Counted from the stretch's first letter, positions 41,317 to 56,517 are shown. The stretch: DNA of 64,000 nt from Eledone cirrhosa (GCA_964016885.1 OZ024748.1:11470001-11534000); one strand, 5' to 3'. Program-made: numbers and translations. Notes: generated by a model not told the origin, from the letters alone.

Positions 41317-41616
41317 GCTCAGGGACTGAAAAAGCTCACAAAAAACCCGAAGTTCAAACACAGACAAATTTTCTTTTTTTCGTGAGACTGTTCGTATCTG
41401 CGTCGTAAGTTCGTAAGTAGGATGTTCGTAAGGCGGGGACTTTCTGTATATCAGTCTAGACTGGTATTTTAGTAGTCTTACATTGAGACATTTCTTTATC
41501 ATGTCTATCATCAATGACTCAACACTCTCCAATGCAAATCTTAGTTTGCATTCGGCCAATAAATACAATCAGCAGAAAATAGTAAGTTAAATGTAGTTTG
41601 GACAATATTGCTTCGG

Positions 41617-41648
<32 letters not shown>

Positions 41649-41769
41649 CAGAATAAGAGCAAAATTATATATTTATAAATTTCTATATATATGTGTGTAG
41701 GATATATGTATATTATATACATATTTATTTACACACACACACATATATATATATATATGTGTGTGTGTG

Positions 41770-41862
<93 letters not shown>

Positions 41863-42296
41863 CTACCTACCAATTAGTGCTTCAAAATCAATAACGGTAA
41901 AATTACATCGTATATGTTAGACTGAAATTGCCAAAAATTAATTTTACAGTTTGTTTAGAAATGATTATATATATATTTTTTTCCAGTTTGTATTTTTTTT
42001 TCTATTTTTGTTTTGGAGTGTGGGTGGATGAGTGAGTGGGTGGGTGAGTGAGTGAGTGAGTGAGTGAGTGAGTGAGTGAGTGAGTGAGTGAGTGAGTGAG
42101 TGAGTGAGTGAGTGAGTGAGTGAGTGAGTGAGTGAGTGGGTGAGGGGGTGAAGGGGGATGGAGGCTGTTCAATATATTTTTGAAATTTGCTGAAGCCATA
42201 AAACATTTCAAGTATGTTGTGAACATTTTACATCATTAGTTTCTTGTGTGTTTTTTTTTTGGGGGGGGGGGCTTCTTTTTAGTGTCAAACATACTT

Positions 42297-42355
<59 letters not shown>

Positions 42356-43023
42356 CCTTGCGTGTGTATCTGTGTTTGTTTCATTGTGTGTGTATGTATA
42401 TCTGTGTGCGTGAATGTGTGTGTGTGTGTGTGTGTATCTGTATGTGTGTATATCTATGTGTGTGTTTCACTGTGTGTGCATCTGTCTGTATATCTGTATG
42501 TGTGTTTTTCCCTGTGTGTGTGTGTATGTATCTGTCCGTATATGTGTGTGTGCATGTATATCTGTGTGTGTTTTTATCTGCGTGTTTCTGTGTGTGTATG
42601 TATCTGTGTACGTATCTGACCGTATGTGTGTGTATATATCTGTGTCTGTGTGTGTGTGTATGTATCTGTATGGGTGTTTATCTGTTTACATACTTGATGT
42701 GTGTGCATATATTTGTGTACATAAGTGTGTGTGTTTCTCTGCGTGTATGTATCTGTATGTGTGTGTGCGTATCTGTGTTCTGTTCGTCTGTTTATGTGTA
42801 TCTGTGTGTATGTGTGAGTATCTGTATGTGTGTTTATCTGTGTCATACTTCATGTGTGTGTGTATCAGTGAGTGTGTATGTGTGTGTGTGTGTGTATCTG
42901 TGTGTTAATGTGTGTGTATGTACGTTCCAAATAGAATACATGATCACGTGTTTATGGATCAAGATCAGCAAATAAACGCATCAGGATCAATGACATTGTG
43001 AATGAAAACCCCATCATCATCAC

Positions 43024-43066
<43 letters not shown>

Positions 43067-43599
43067 TTATCCCCCCCCCCCCTCTTCTCCCCTCACTCCC
43101 TCCTACCTCCATTCTGATATAGAAAGAAGACACTTAATTGGATAATATATAATGGAATTACCTGTCTAGCTACTTTTGACTGAAGACGTACAACATAGAG
43201 AAACATTGCCGTCCAAAACCATAGTACAGTAGATAGTAGAATATATCAAATATTATGTGTATAAATAGCATAACATTGTCAGCCAGTAGAGGGAAGAAGT
43301 AAAAACATGTAACGAGATAATTTTAATGCGCTTTATCCCCTTAAACGAAAAATATACCACATATATTCCTGAGAGGGTCATGGGGACAAAGCCATCAAAC
43401 ATTCCTTCCAGCGAGTCCTGTCAGCCACTGAACAGAGGGAAAAGGTAAAAAACGTAACGAGATAATTCTAAAGCGCTTTATTCCCTTAAACGAAAAATAT
43501 ACCACATATATTCCTGAGAGGGTCATGGGGGCAGAGTCGTCAAACATTCTCTCCAGTGGGGTCCTGTCAGAAGCAACTGTCTCCAACTGATCCAAGCGT

Positions 43600-43783
43600 G
43601 ACTAATCAAGCTTACTGATGTTATCCAATCATCTTGCACGGGCTTTACCCCTGAGTCTCCTACCTGTTGGTTTTGCCCGTGAAATCTGTCTAGTGATTCT
43701 TTTCTGAGACATTCTAATCCTAACCATATGCCCGTAATATCGGAACTGGGATCTTTTAATTCGGAGAAGTAGCGGCTCTACCT
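43600..43783 (-). pseudogene. Decayed RTE-clade LINE reverse transcriptase C-terminal fragment
   Basis: Reverse translation QVEPLLLRIKRSQFRYYGHMVRIRMSQKRITRQISRAKPTGRRLRGKARAR*LDNI matches the RTE LRWxGHxxRM...GxRxRGRPxxRWxD motif. Confidence 0.8.
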
Positions 43784-44887
43784 GTAATGACTCTCTTTAC
43801 TTTGATATTTAAAAAAAAATGGTATGGGAATGACAGTAACACACTTTACATCACATGTCTGCGAGATCAAAGCTGATCTAAAGCTAAAAACAACAACAAC
43901 AATAACAACAGCAATATCAATTTATTTGATAATGATTCACTCTTAAACATCAATTAATACAGATTTCTTTGATTAAAGATAAGTCTATAGAATTATAGTA
44001 CTTAATGTATTAAAAGATTGTGACATTGAAGTCTTCACCCAAGGGCATTAGTTACATTAGGTTAATGATATGAAAGATGTATAATTCATCTTCTGTAAAG
44101 TTTCTATTCGATCACTCATAGATTTATAGAGGGAATGTTACTAGAAGCAATCTATAAGTTCAATTACCGTGGAGATTGAAGAATGAAGAATCTAATATTT
44201 CAAGATCTTTCTCAATCAAACCTTCATCAAATGTTCCTGATCTAGACCAACATCAGTTTTCTCGGAGACGGATTTTACTCACAGTTTAACATATTTCTTT
44301 TTCTTTTCGTTTTTTCGTTTTTTCGTTTTTTCCTTTTTTTTTTGTCACCAAATTCAGCTCCATGACAGTTTGTATTGGGTCGTCAAGTATGAAATTTGTA
44401 GAAATTTGTTTTCTTTCTACAAATTTCTACAAATGGCATACTTGATGACCCAATATTTACCGTTGCTCATACAGACGAAGATTCATTTATTATTTTTATA
44501 CTTATATCAATATATACACATGCGTAGTATACAAACGACACGTACTGTATATTATTCAGGCGCTGTCTGAGACGTGTAGTTCTACTACCATGTTTTGAGT
44601 CAATATCGTAGTATTTGTATAGTCTCCAATATACATATTTATCAAACTCTGTCATGCCTGTTGATATATTGACGTCTTTGTACAACTTGAGACAATATAC
44701 ACAAATGTTTATTATTTTTTTGTAAAGTAATGAGAGACTGGAGATTAGTTGTTTTGTTACACCGTAGGGCAAATATATTCCATGTGAAATATATTTCGGT
44801 TTCTTCTGACTTCAAATACTACCAATGTTGACTTTGTCTTTTATCCATCGATAAAATAAAATACTAATACAGTCTAAAAGTCTAAAG

Positions 44888-45177
44888 CAGGCATGGGCAA
44901 CCTTTTTCAAAAAGCTGGCTGCATGAGATATGAGTCATCATCAGGCGGGCCGCAAGCGCCAATTTACATTCGTGCACACATTTTTAAAAAAGGGTGGTAA
45001 CTCAGGTTGTTTTGATTTGTTTCTTCAGAATTCGTACATGTTTTCCTCGATCGTAAAAATAATAGAAAGATAAATTACGACTGAAAATTTAGGGTAAAAA
45101 AAATCAGAAAGATTTCACTTAGGTGACCTAGGTGAGCCATTCAGAAAGCTTCGCGGGCCGCAGGTTGCCCATGACTG
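44888..45177. mobile_element. hAT (Charlie-like) MITE, 290 bp
   Basis: TIRs CAGGCATGGGCAACC / GGTTGCCCATGACTG. 8-bp TSD GTCTAAAG at 44880-44887 and 45178-45185. Confidence 0.9.
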
Positions 45178-45573
45178 GTCTAAAGTCTGTCTCAAGCCCC
45201 GGAAGCTCACCATACCGATGCTTATCCTAGCTTCCGTGGCACAAAGCGGCTGAAATTACAAGACTTCCTCCCTGGACAGGAGGCCAGTCCATCACAGAGT
45301 TAAAGCCTGTCTCGAACCTAGAGGCTCATCAGGCCAGTGTTTATCCCAGTTTCCATGGCGTGAAGTGACTGAGAGTACAGGACTCCTCCCTGGACATGAC
45401 GCCAGTCCAACGCAGGGTTAAACCCCCAACTATTTCTGGTACTCATTTTCAGCTGAGTACACTGGAACAATGTAAAATAAAGGGTTTTACTCAAGAACGC
45501 AACATATAACCCAGTCCAGGAATCGAAGCCAAGACATTATGACAGTATGTCCAACACCCATACCATTAGGCCA
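45178..45573 (-). mobile_element. tRNA-derived SINE (V-SINE-like) with internal duplication and (TAGACTT)-like tail
   Basis: Reverse: ggcctaatgg...ttcgattcc...aaaatgagtaccag...gactggcgtcatgtccaggg. Related fragment at 40420-40570. Confidence 0.7.
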
Positions 45574-47003
45574 CGTTCCTCCACACCAATTCAGTACCAA
45601 AGTCGATTTATTCCACTACCCTCTTCCCCATATCCTTACAAACATATGACCTTGTGTAGTATTTGCACGGTTCTTAGATACGCGTTACGTTCAAATCCCA
45701 ACCAGGTCAACTTTGCCTTTCATTCTTTCTTTCGGTATCGATAAAATAAAATACCAGTAAAATACTGGGATCTAGATAATTGACTTTCCGCTTGCCACAA
45801 ATTGCTGGTCTTGTACAAAATAACAGAAACCATTAGGATCAGCGTACTGTTATTTTATGCTACGTTTTTCATTCAACGTTTATTGGTGAAATTCTCATAA
45901 TTTCTCTACATATCCTTACTCAATACGTCATATCAATTTCTGTTTTGGTTCCTGTATTCTAAATGCTTCCATTAACGTTTCAGTTTTTTGTCATATATCT
46001 GTTGTTGTTGTTATTGTTGTTAATTTTGTTGTTATTATTGTCGTTAATTTTGTTGTTGTTGTTGTTAATTTTGTTGTTGTTGTTGTTGTTGTTGTTTTAC
46101 ATCTAATTCCAGTGTATTACATTAAAATCATTGATCATTCTTTTTTTTATTTATAAATATTTTTTTTTATTATTAATATTCAAAGATTATATTTAATTAT
46201 TATTTTTTAATTCTTGCTAAAATATTATCACTATATTTTATTTATTTATTCATCTATTTATTTATTTATTTATTTATTTATTTATTTGTAGAATGATGAG
46301 TTGACTAATGGCAGATTTGACAGATCGTCGGACAAAATTTCCACTTGAGATATATTCTGGTTCTTTGCTTTCTTAGTTCAAAACACGTTTTTCGTCCGAC
46401 CGATGTTAATAAAATAAAGTACTAGACAAGCACCGGGTTCGATTTAAATCAACTAGCCCCCATTTCCTTCCAGATCTTTAACCTTTCTCCTATGTTAGTA
46501 AACCTCAGTAAAGCTCTAAATCTGTGGTTCTTAACCTTTTTCTATCGCGGCACATCTTAAGATTTTGAATTTCCATTTTACGATCATTTCAAAAGGTGAT
46601 CCTGATAAATTGATATGGGGACTAATCGATAATAGTTATAGGTGGTATTTATTTTATTAATTCTCCATAGAATGAGAGGAAGGGTCAACGTAGGATTTGA
46701 ACTCAAATTAATCTATCAATTTACCAGTTAATTGTTAGTGAATACTTCTGGCCTGTGATATCGATAATTAGGTTCTACACACACGCACGCGTGTGTGTTT
46801 ATACACGTAACAAATGAATGAACAAGGACTATCGACAAGGTCCCAGATTTCATTCGCTTTCCTTGTGGGTTGTAACTCGTTCAATCGGACCAAGTAAACA
46901 ATGTTTCCATTGGTCTTTCCATTGCTAATACTATCTAGCAGTCGAAACTTCTTGGCAGAATGTATAAAGATACACAACAGACACACACACATATACGCAC
47001 ACA

Positions 47004-47081
<78 letters not shown>

Positions 47082-47241
47082 CGCATACATTCACATACTC
47101 ATACAGACACACATACATACCTATACACACACACATATGTATACACAAAAATGTATACACACTGCAACAGGATTCTAATAATAGTTTTATACATTCTTTT
47201 CGGACACCCTGTACATACATACATACATACATACATACATA

Positions 47242-47472
47242 CACGGGTTATATACCAACCCGCTTGGACCAAAGTATGACTGAACTTGGATTTGCGGTCA
47301 AAAAGCGCAGTTCCCTAATTGATAGTCTGCAAATGGCTGCGATAGCTGGCACCTTCCAAATTTGCAAAACATTCTTGCGATTCAAGGGATGACAATTTCT
47401 TTTCTTTTACAACCTTGCCACCAGGAAGGTGGCCGGTCAAAAAAATATACTCGAAATTAAGAGAAAGAGAAA
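47242..47472 (+). mobile_element. 3' end of RLE-type LINE in (TACA)n
   Basis: Encodes TGYIPTRLDQSMTELGF...LQMAAIAGTFQICKTFLRFKG*, then a short 3' UTR and (CATA). Confidence 0.8.
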
Positions 47473-47480
47473 ACATACAT

Positions 47481-47538
<58 letters not shown>

Positions 47539-47641
47539 ATGTATATGTATATATGATATATGTATATATGTATATATGATTATATATATATATATTATAT
47601 TAATATATGTATATATGATTATATATATATATATATATATG

Positions 47642-47686
<45 letters not shown>

Positions 47687-48134
47687 GTAATCATATATAT
47701 ATACATACATTGGCGGGGGCCAATTCCTATCTTGTTATCATCATCACACGCCGCCTAAAACGAAGCAATTACAGCTGTCCAGTGGAATGTGACGAGTTGG
47801 TCTCAATACAGTCGAAAGAGTAGAGGTTATTTGTGTGATATGATTGCCTGTGCTATGAATACGTGACAGATAGAGCAGAGAAAATGTCTTCCCTCCATCG
47901 ATACGTTTTCGTGGCTCATACGCCAGTTTCGTTTCTTTGTATGCTACAAGATCGATTTTTAGTTTTTCACACTGTTCATAATTATATTTATCTTGTCAAC
48001 ATATCAGGAATTGGCGATTTTTTTTTATATATACATTTCTTATAACGAAATATCGGAAATTAAAGAAAATTTCCATAGGGCATTGAATTGGCTTTCAAAA
48101 AGTTATGCTATATCCAAACACACGGATGCAGTTT

Positions 48135-48196
<62 letters not shown>

Positions 48197-48411
48197 TATA
48201 TATATAGAGAGAGAGACATATGCCTACTTGTATGTATGTATGTATGAATGTATGTATGTATATATGTATATATGTATATATATATATATATATATATGAT
48301 AAATTTATATCTGTATATGTACAGATATAAATTTATCGTATACTTCGGCTGCATACTCACACTCATATATATGTGTGTGTTTGTATGTATTTATGTCTGT
48401 GTATAGACGTC

Positions 48412-48474
<63 letters not shown>

Positions 48475-48479
48475 TTTTG

Positions 48480-48705
48480 TAGTATTTCGATTCACTGGTT
48501 TCTGAGTTCAAATCCCACTGAGGCCAACTATGCTTTTTATCCATTCGAGGTCGATAAAAAAGTACCAATGTAGTACTGAGATCGATTCTACCCTTATATC
48601 TGTTTCTCACTTCCATTCCCTCTCTCTCTCTCTCGTTCTCTCTCTCCCTCTCTCTCTCTATCTATCTATCTATCTATTTATCTCTCTGTCTATCTATCTA
48701 TCTAG

Positions 48706-48759
<54 letters not shown>

Positions 48760-48895
48760 CTGTCTTTCATTCTCTGGAAGAAATCTACTGTATTCAGACC
48801 TGAAGAAGAGATGTTTAAAAGAAAACAAAAATGCCAAAGAAACGTCGTAATACAATACAGCACTACTACAACTCCCTCAGGAGTTACGGGACCTT
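48480..48895 (+). mobile_element. SINE family B variant with simple-repeat linker and extra 3' domain
   Basis: The domain ctctggaagaaatct..gtattcagacctg..gagatg also occurs at ~35000-35105(-), 52755-52880 and 62145-62340(-). Confidence 0.6.
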
Positions 48896-49454
48896 TATTT
48901 TGATCTCCCTCACATCAGATGATATAATATAAGCGAGATCAAAAGAAAAGCAAAAATATTCCAGATCATTTCCGACAAATATGGAGTACAATAAGATTAT
49001 AATATTCCTATAATCTTACCGAAACATACTATAGATCTAAGTTTGGGCAACATCGATCTCGCTGGGTAGTTGAGCTTTACTATCAATATTTCTATCAATA
49101 ATTCTTATTGGAATTTTTCTAGTTAGATATCCACGGTAATAAGATGAAGTAGAGTTCGTTTAATGGTGGGAATATGCTTGTATATATTTATTTTCTTTCC
49201 TAAGTGAATGAAATATACCCTCATTAAAAATGCATCTTATGTAGCACAATCTGTTTCCTAACAACATGGATATCATATAAGTATCTTCATATATGGATTA
49301 TGGATGTATACATACACATGTACACTAGGATGCATATTCGTATGTACGCATATGGATGGATATACGTATATATGGATATCGGATATCTATGTTCTCCCCT
49401 CTCTCTCCCACTCACTCTCCCGCGCTCTCTCGCTTATTGCCCCCCCCCCTCTCC

Positions 49455-49513
<59 letters not shown>

Positions 49514-49590
49514 CATAGCCTGGTATCATGCTAAATCATATACATACATAGAATTTGCAATTTCATTCTTAACATATATATATGCATATA

Positions 49591-49628
<38 letters not shown>

Positions 49629-49710
49629 TGTGTGTAAACACATATATATATATATATATATATGTGCATATGTATATATATTTATATGTATATGTACATA
49701 TATTTATATT

Positions 49711-49778
<68 letters not shown>

Positions 49779-49798
49779 CATACACATACATATACATA

Positions 49799-49846
<48 letters not shown>

Positions 49847-50131
49847 AATATATATACAAAATATATACATATTGTGTGTATATAAATATACGTGCAGATA
49901 AATACACATGCATACCCACACGTGTATTTATGTTTGATAAATGTAGCATTAAAAAGATTGTATAGATATATGACGGTGTTAGGGTGGTTCACGGGGAGAA
50001 GTTTATCCGTCTATCTTTGGCGATATTCAATGGATAGCAAATGGAAATAGTATTAACGGCCTAACGTAGTGTCATGCCATGTGTGATCATACATACATTA
50101 CATTAGATTAGATTTATACATAGAAACATAT

Positions 50132-50161
<30 letters not shown>

Positions 50162-50162
<1 letters not shown>

Positions 50163-50567
50163 CTGGAACCACACATTGAAAACATGTTCTGTTGTGGAGA
50201 TCAGCTGCCCACTTGATGGATGTAAACGTTGTCAGAAAAATACAGGAGAAGGAGGACATCTACGGACCATTGATGAGGAGTTTACAAATCCAGTATCCAA
50301 GATACACCTTTAGCTTCATACCCATCATTATTGGAGCTACGGGTTATATACCAACCCGCTTGGACCAAAGTATGACTTAACTTGCATTTGCGGACAAAAA
50401 GCGCAGCTCCCTGATTCATAGTCTGCAAATGGCTGCGATAGCTGGCACCTTCCAAATTTGCAAAACATTCTTGCGATTCAAGGGATGACAATTTCTTTTC
50501 TTTTACAACCTTGCCACCAGGAAGGTTGCCGGTCAAAAAACAAATACTCGAAATTAAGAGAAAGAGA
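50162..50567 (+). pseudogene. Restriction-like endonuclease domain and 3' UTR of R4/Dong-like LINE (frameshifted)
   Basis: VVEISCP..VNVVRKIQEKEDIYGPLMRSLQ...FIPIIIGATGYIP, i.e. RLE E-x-S-C-P / K-x-x-K-Y-like / P-I-I-I-G-A-x-G motifs. Confidence 0.8.
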
Positions 50568-50689
50568 CATACATATATACATACATATGTATTTACATTA
50601 CATTTATATATAGAAACATACATATGTACATACATATATACATTACATTTATACATAGAAACATACACACATATGTACGTACATACATA

Positions 50690-51078
50690 CATGGTGGCTG
50701 CCAACTCGCTTTCGAGTACGGCCACTACTTTATATCCATGTAGGAGGACCCCTACCGATGCGCTGAACGAGTGTGACTTTTTAGTCCAGCCAGCGACTTG
50801 AAAAGTCTGGTACAAACACTACACTTGTGACAATTATTGACACATAGTGCTGGGCCCATGGTACCATGTGACGACAAGTGCAGAGAAATCTCCAGATATA
50901 AAGCAATGCCTGTGCCGTGAAGCTTTTATAGTGAGCAAAGGCACTGCACAAAGCCAGTCCCACTCTCTTAACCAAGATGATATTTACCAAAAAGAAGAAC
51001 AAGTCAACATCATTGGATACCATCAGAGTTGTAGGTGTTATATCAGAGTTTTCCTTCTCCTAGTATTCTGCCTTGACA
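50690..51078 (-). mobile_element. Non-autonomous RTE-type element, 5'-truncated
   Basis: Reverse complement of 60360-60752; flanked by (CATA)n. Confidence 0.8.
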
Positions 51079-51150
51079 TACATACATACATACATACATA
51101 CATACATACATACATACATACATACATACATACATACATACATACATACA

Positions 51151-51422
51151 TGTGGAGGTTAGCTGCTCAGCAGATGCCAATATAATATCAAAGATTGGCG
51201 AAAAAGAGAATATGTATGCAGAACTGATGAGAAATCTACAGATACTCCACCCTGATTACACCTTCAGATTTATGCCTGTGATTATTGGGGCACTGGGATA
51301 TGTTAGTAACTGCCTCAATACAAATCTTGAGAAGCTGGGATTCACAGGAAGAAAAAGAACACAACTAGTTAGGAAATTACAAGTACAATCCATTAATGGA
51401 ACAGTAAAAATATGTAAAACAT
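51151..51422 (+). pseudogene. RLE domain of a second, divergent R4/Dong-like LINE subfamily
   Basis: [50 protein letters not shown]...VKICKT aligns by eye with the 50162 copy. Preceded by (CATA)n. Confidence 0.8.
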
Positions 51423-51741
51423 AACTGCGCATATACACATGTACAGATACAAAGCATATACACATGCACACATACAACTCAAAACATCCACATCCACACA
51501 TTCAATAACATCCATATCTACACATGCATGCATGCAGACATGCATTCATATCTACATAGTTGATGTTGTGTAAATTCCAATGAGAGAGTCTTGTGTCTAT
51601 GTTAGAAACCGACTGTCTCTCTATTGGCAAAAATTTGAGAACTTATAAAACCAGAACAACATACACACATATATACATATATAGAAAATATAGAAACACA
51701 CATACATACATACATTTATACATAGGAACACACACACACAC

Positions 51742-51787
<46 letters not shown>

Positions 51788-51855
51788 TTATTAAAATAAC
51801 AGATTAAAGTTTAAGCAAAGAATCGCTGGATTTTAGTCTTCAAAGTTATTATTAC

Positions 51856-51953
<98 letters not shown>

Positions 51954-52984
51954 TTATACAGAGAAACATACAAACTATATACATTTATACATAGTAACAT
52001 ATATACATATGTACGTACATACATACATATATATATACATTTATACATAGAAACATACATACATATGTACATACATACATACATACATAAATACATAAAT
52101 ACATAAATACACACACACACACACACAGATACATATATACATACAGCTGCAGCTGAAAACCTAAAATCTAAATGTAATTATTCTAAACGCCAAAATCCTC
52201 AGTAGAGTGTTTGGCAGAAATCCTAAACTGTGTATCTCAAACTCAACGTAAACAACTCAATCTCTCTGAAAAGACACTCGATCAGGGGAACAAGTTGGAA
52301 GCTACTTGAAGTCTATATGTGGAAGTAATGATATGTTTGACAAGCGAGTTGTATAAATGATAGAACTAGAACAAGGCTACTCTAAATAGATTGTTGTGTG
52401 TATGTATTGTATATATTGCATATATATTGTATATTGAATATTGAAGGTGTGTATATATTGTTTTTCTGGTAATATATTGTGTTGGACCTCCGTCAGGTCC
52501 GACGATGAGTGCTCCAGCTGTATAAATGATGTAAGTAGTACAAGACTATTGTAAATAGTCTATGCTTACATGTGATGTTAGACACACATTGTTGGTGAGT
52601 TTGATGACAGACTTCTTAGTTGGGATGAAGTTATTCCACTTGATGCCAAGTAATTTTGCCAAAAAAGTACCAGTCTAGTAAAAGGTTCGATTCTTCCTCT
52701 ATATCTCTTTCTCATTTCTATTTTCTTACTCTCTCTCTCTCTCTCTTCTCTCTCTCTGGAATAAATCTGCCGTATTCAGACCTGGCGAGGAGATAGACTC
52801 CGCCAGGTTTATAAAATGTTCTAGATGTGCCGTATGTCAATGCTGTGCCACTACAACTCTCTCAGGAGTTACAGGATCAAATATACATACATTTGATATC
52901 TTAACATCCATTATTTTAATGTTTCTTTAGGAGAGACTTTTGTTTGTTATTTTGCCTCACATTGTAGCACATTTCAATAAAGAA

Positions 52985-53265
52985 TCACTCCATGGCAAAC
53001 ACCTTATAGCAGAGATTTGTACAATTTGCCGATATTTGCTGGTAATTTCTGCAGATTCTGCAACAATCGAACGAAAATTTTCTCTAGTAAAACAATTAAA
53101 GACATGTTGTTTTTATTATTTTTGGTGAAGAATGACACAAAATTGATTAAATTATCTTACTATATATTCGTATAACAAAGAACGGACTTACAACATAAAC
53201 TTGATTGCAATTGCAACAGAATTTCCTTGGCGAAATAGGCTTAAGAACGACAATTTAGGCAGATA
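52985..53265 (+). pseudogene. Decayed hAT transposase C-terminal dimerisation domain
   Basis: ICRYLLVISADSATIERKFSLVKQLKT, frameshift, then MTQN*LNYLTIYSYNKERTYNINLIAIATEF (S-x-ER-x-FS and M-x-Q-x-RLN motifs). Confidence 0.75.
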
Positions 53266-53764
53266 CCGACTGGTTGAGCGGTAAATTGAGTTGAATAATA
53301 ACGTTTTTCTCTCTTAGAACGCCATTGGTACTTTACCATACGTAGATTAGAAATTTAATTAAAGCTTTCCAAATACCACAGTCACGAAATAATACAGGTT
53401 ACGTTTGCAGAAGAATCGTGTATTTGTTCGTGCCTGTAGTTACAGACAATATCACCTTTTAACCTGAATTTGCATTTAAACACGTAAATTTAATATCATG
53501 GGCGTTAGCAAATGTTTTGATTATGTCCATTGCGTGGTAAGAGGATTAACACTAATTCTTAACACTAACGTTCCCCGTTTCTTGCCTAAAAGTACAATAC
53601 CAACCCTCGCCGACATGTCTGATACATAATCACATATATACATAATTGTTTCCATATATATAATAATTAATAAATACATATACATACGCACATACATACA
53701 TATATATACATATATACACACACACATACATATATACATAAATATATACATACATACAAACATG

Positions 53765-53844
<80 letters not shown>

Positions 53845-54053
53845 TAATTACATAAATATATGCATGTATACATACATAAATACATACATACATATATATA
53901 TACATATGTACATACATACATATATATACATAGATATATACACACATACATACATACATATATATATATACATAAATACATACATATATACATAAATACA
54001 TACATACATACAAACATGCATACATATATATATACATATATACATACATATAA

Positions 54054-54113
<60 letters not shown>

Positions 54114-54309
54114 GTACAGAAATATACATACATACATACATTCATACGTACATACATACAAGAATTGTAAAAGTCTGTAAGACATTCTTGAAGATTAATG
54201 GATGAATGGTAGCGCTAAGTACAATGGGAAGACTCTCTCTTTTATAAGCTGGCTACTGAGTAGAAAAAGAGAAAAGGTGAAGACATATATATATGCACAT
54301 ATACACTGC

Positions 54310-54343
<34 letters not shown>

Positions 54344-54593
54344 TGTGTGTGTGTTTGTGTGTGTGTGTACTTATGCGTACATAATGACTGCAAAGTCTGC
54401 TAAGAGTATTGCAGTTGCTTGTCAGATTACAGAAAATGGTGTACTTTTAGGCTACGGCCAGCCACACAAACCTGTAACATATCCTGAACAAACAATGCCT
54501 GTTCTCTGAAAATGTTTTAAGTGGGGTAAGGCCTTGCACTACATACATACCTACATACATACATGCATCGTTTAACGTCCATCTTCCACGCTA

Positions 54594-54645
<52 letters not shown>

Positions 54646-54649
<4 letters not shown>

Positions 54650-54859
54650 CGAAGGAAATGTGGTACGGAACCAGATGGACCATAACGCACCAAAGTACTC
54701 AATACTTAGGGTAGTAGAGTGGGTAATAGGAACGAGTAGGACCCCGACGGCTGAGTTCAAGCCGTTTCGACGGCTAATTCTGAACTAAAATTTCAGTCCA
54801 GAATTAGCCGTCGAAACGGCTTGAGCTCAGCCGTCGGGGCCGTCGGGGTCCTGCTCGTT

Positions 54860-54862
<3 letters not shown>
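54646..54862 (-). mobile_element. Family 1 hammerhead-associated element with fold-back palindrome (54728-54862)
   Basis: Same architecture as 2184-2394; flanked by (TA)n. Confidence 0.75.
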
Positions 54863-54912
<50 letters not shown>

Positions 54913-54913
54913 C

Positions 54914-54953
54914 CCGAGCTGAAGATCCGGTAAGGTGAAACAATTGTTCTCGG
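54914..54953 (+). ncRNA. Minimal type I hammerhead ribozyme
   Basis: ccgag-CTGAAGA-tcc(ggtaa)ggt-GAAA-caattg-TT-ctcgg. 5-bp stem I, palindromic stem III. Lies in a ~75-bp insert between two (TA)n tracts. Confidence 0.75.
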
Positions 54954-55242
54954 TATGGTGAACTAACTGTTGTGTAACCACTTCTATATATATATATATA
55001 TATATATATATTTCATTCATATAAATTTTTCATTCATATATATTTTTATTTGTCTGACCCGAATTTTCTTGGTCGTATTTTCGGCTGTGCGAATGATCGT
55101 TTAAGCATCGTCTCAGTGTGTTGGTATTAAACGTTAGTTATAGCTCTGGTTTATTCAAACTATTGAGCACTTTGCCACACATTTCGAAGATTGTGTTTCG
55201 TTATTTCGTGGGCCGAAGTTCCGATTCTCGATAATTTATTTG

Positions 55243-55345
<103 letters not shown>

Positions 55346-55706
55346 CGAAGGAGTTGTGGTAAGGAACCAGATGGACCATAACGCACCAGAGTACTCAATA
55401 CTTAGGGTAGTAGAGTGGATAATAGCGAAATGCGTGTATGTATATATGTGTGTAAAACGTTTTATCTCGAATGATTGATGACACAAACTGTATATTTGAG
55501 GTTTAGTAAATGTTAAATGTGATCGGAAACAACACAGTACATTCGTACTTCAATCATTTGAATAATCGATAACCCGGAACGTGGAGTTGTGATTCGTGGA
55601 GTCTTGGTTCCCAGTGAAGTATACACACACACTATTGTAAGTATTGAGTACTTGTACCTGTTTAATTAACAACACAAATAGGCATATACATATGTGTGTG
55701 TGTGCG

Positions 55707-55758
<52 letters not shown>

Positions 55759-55893
55759 TGCATTTGTGGAGAAAGAGTGGGCGTCTTTATATAGGTCTAG
55801 TCATATATCTATAACCATCTATCTCTTTATATGTATGTAGGTATGTATATATTAATGTATGTTTATATTATCTGTATATGTATATACTTACAT

Positions 55894-55969
<76 letters not shown>

Positions 55970-56133
55970 ATACACATATATATATATTAGTACATATATA
56001 TGTGTGGGTATGTGTGTATAGTGTAACATAATCAAAATAATTTTATTTCTATTGATATATATAAATATATATATATATATATACATGTATAAAATACATA
56101 TATATATATATACATGTATAAAATACATATAAA

Positions 56134-56204
<71 letters not shown>

Positions 56205-56517
56205 CATACATATACACATACATTCACATCTATTGTAATGAAAATATATTTCTTGAAAAAAAAAAATATTATTTTCGCATTCAAATTTTTCTAAAAGACT
56301 GTCTACCATTTAACGTAATTAAGGAAAATTGGATCTTTCGAATTATTCCAAAGATATCAACTAAAATGCCCTCAACAATATCTTAAATAATGTCTTAAAT
56401 AATGAATTTAGTTTAGATAAGAAAGTTCTCCATCATTTCTTTAGACTTTAAATATTTCTCATTATACGGAATCATTTCCTTTCAGCTCTTTAACGTAGCT
56501 GCTACTGCTGTCGTGGT

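Noticed and set aside
40933-41568. 211-aa ORF with QHKKGFLLL repeats
   Set aside because: Explained by the ~30-bp minisatellite, whose unit length varies and shifts frame.
44165-44262. Possible minus-strand coding exon (SGTFDEGLIEKDLEILDSS)
   Set aside because: Short, no recognisable family and no clear splice support.
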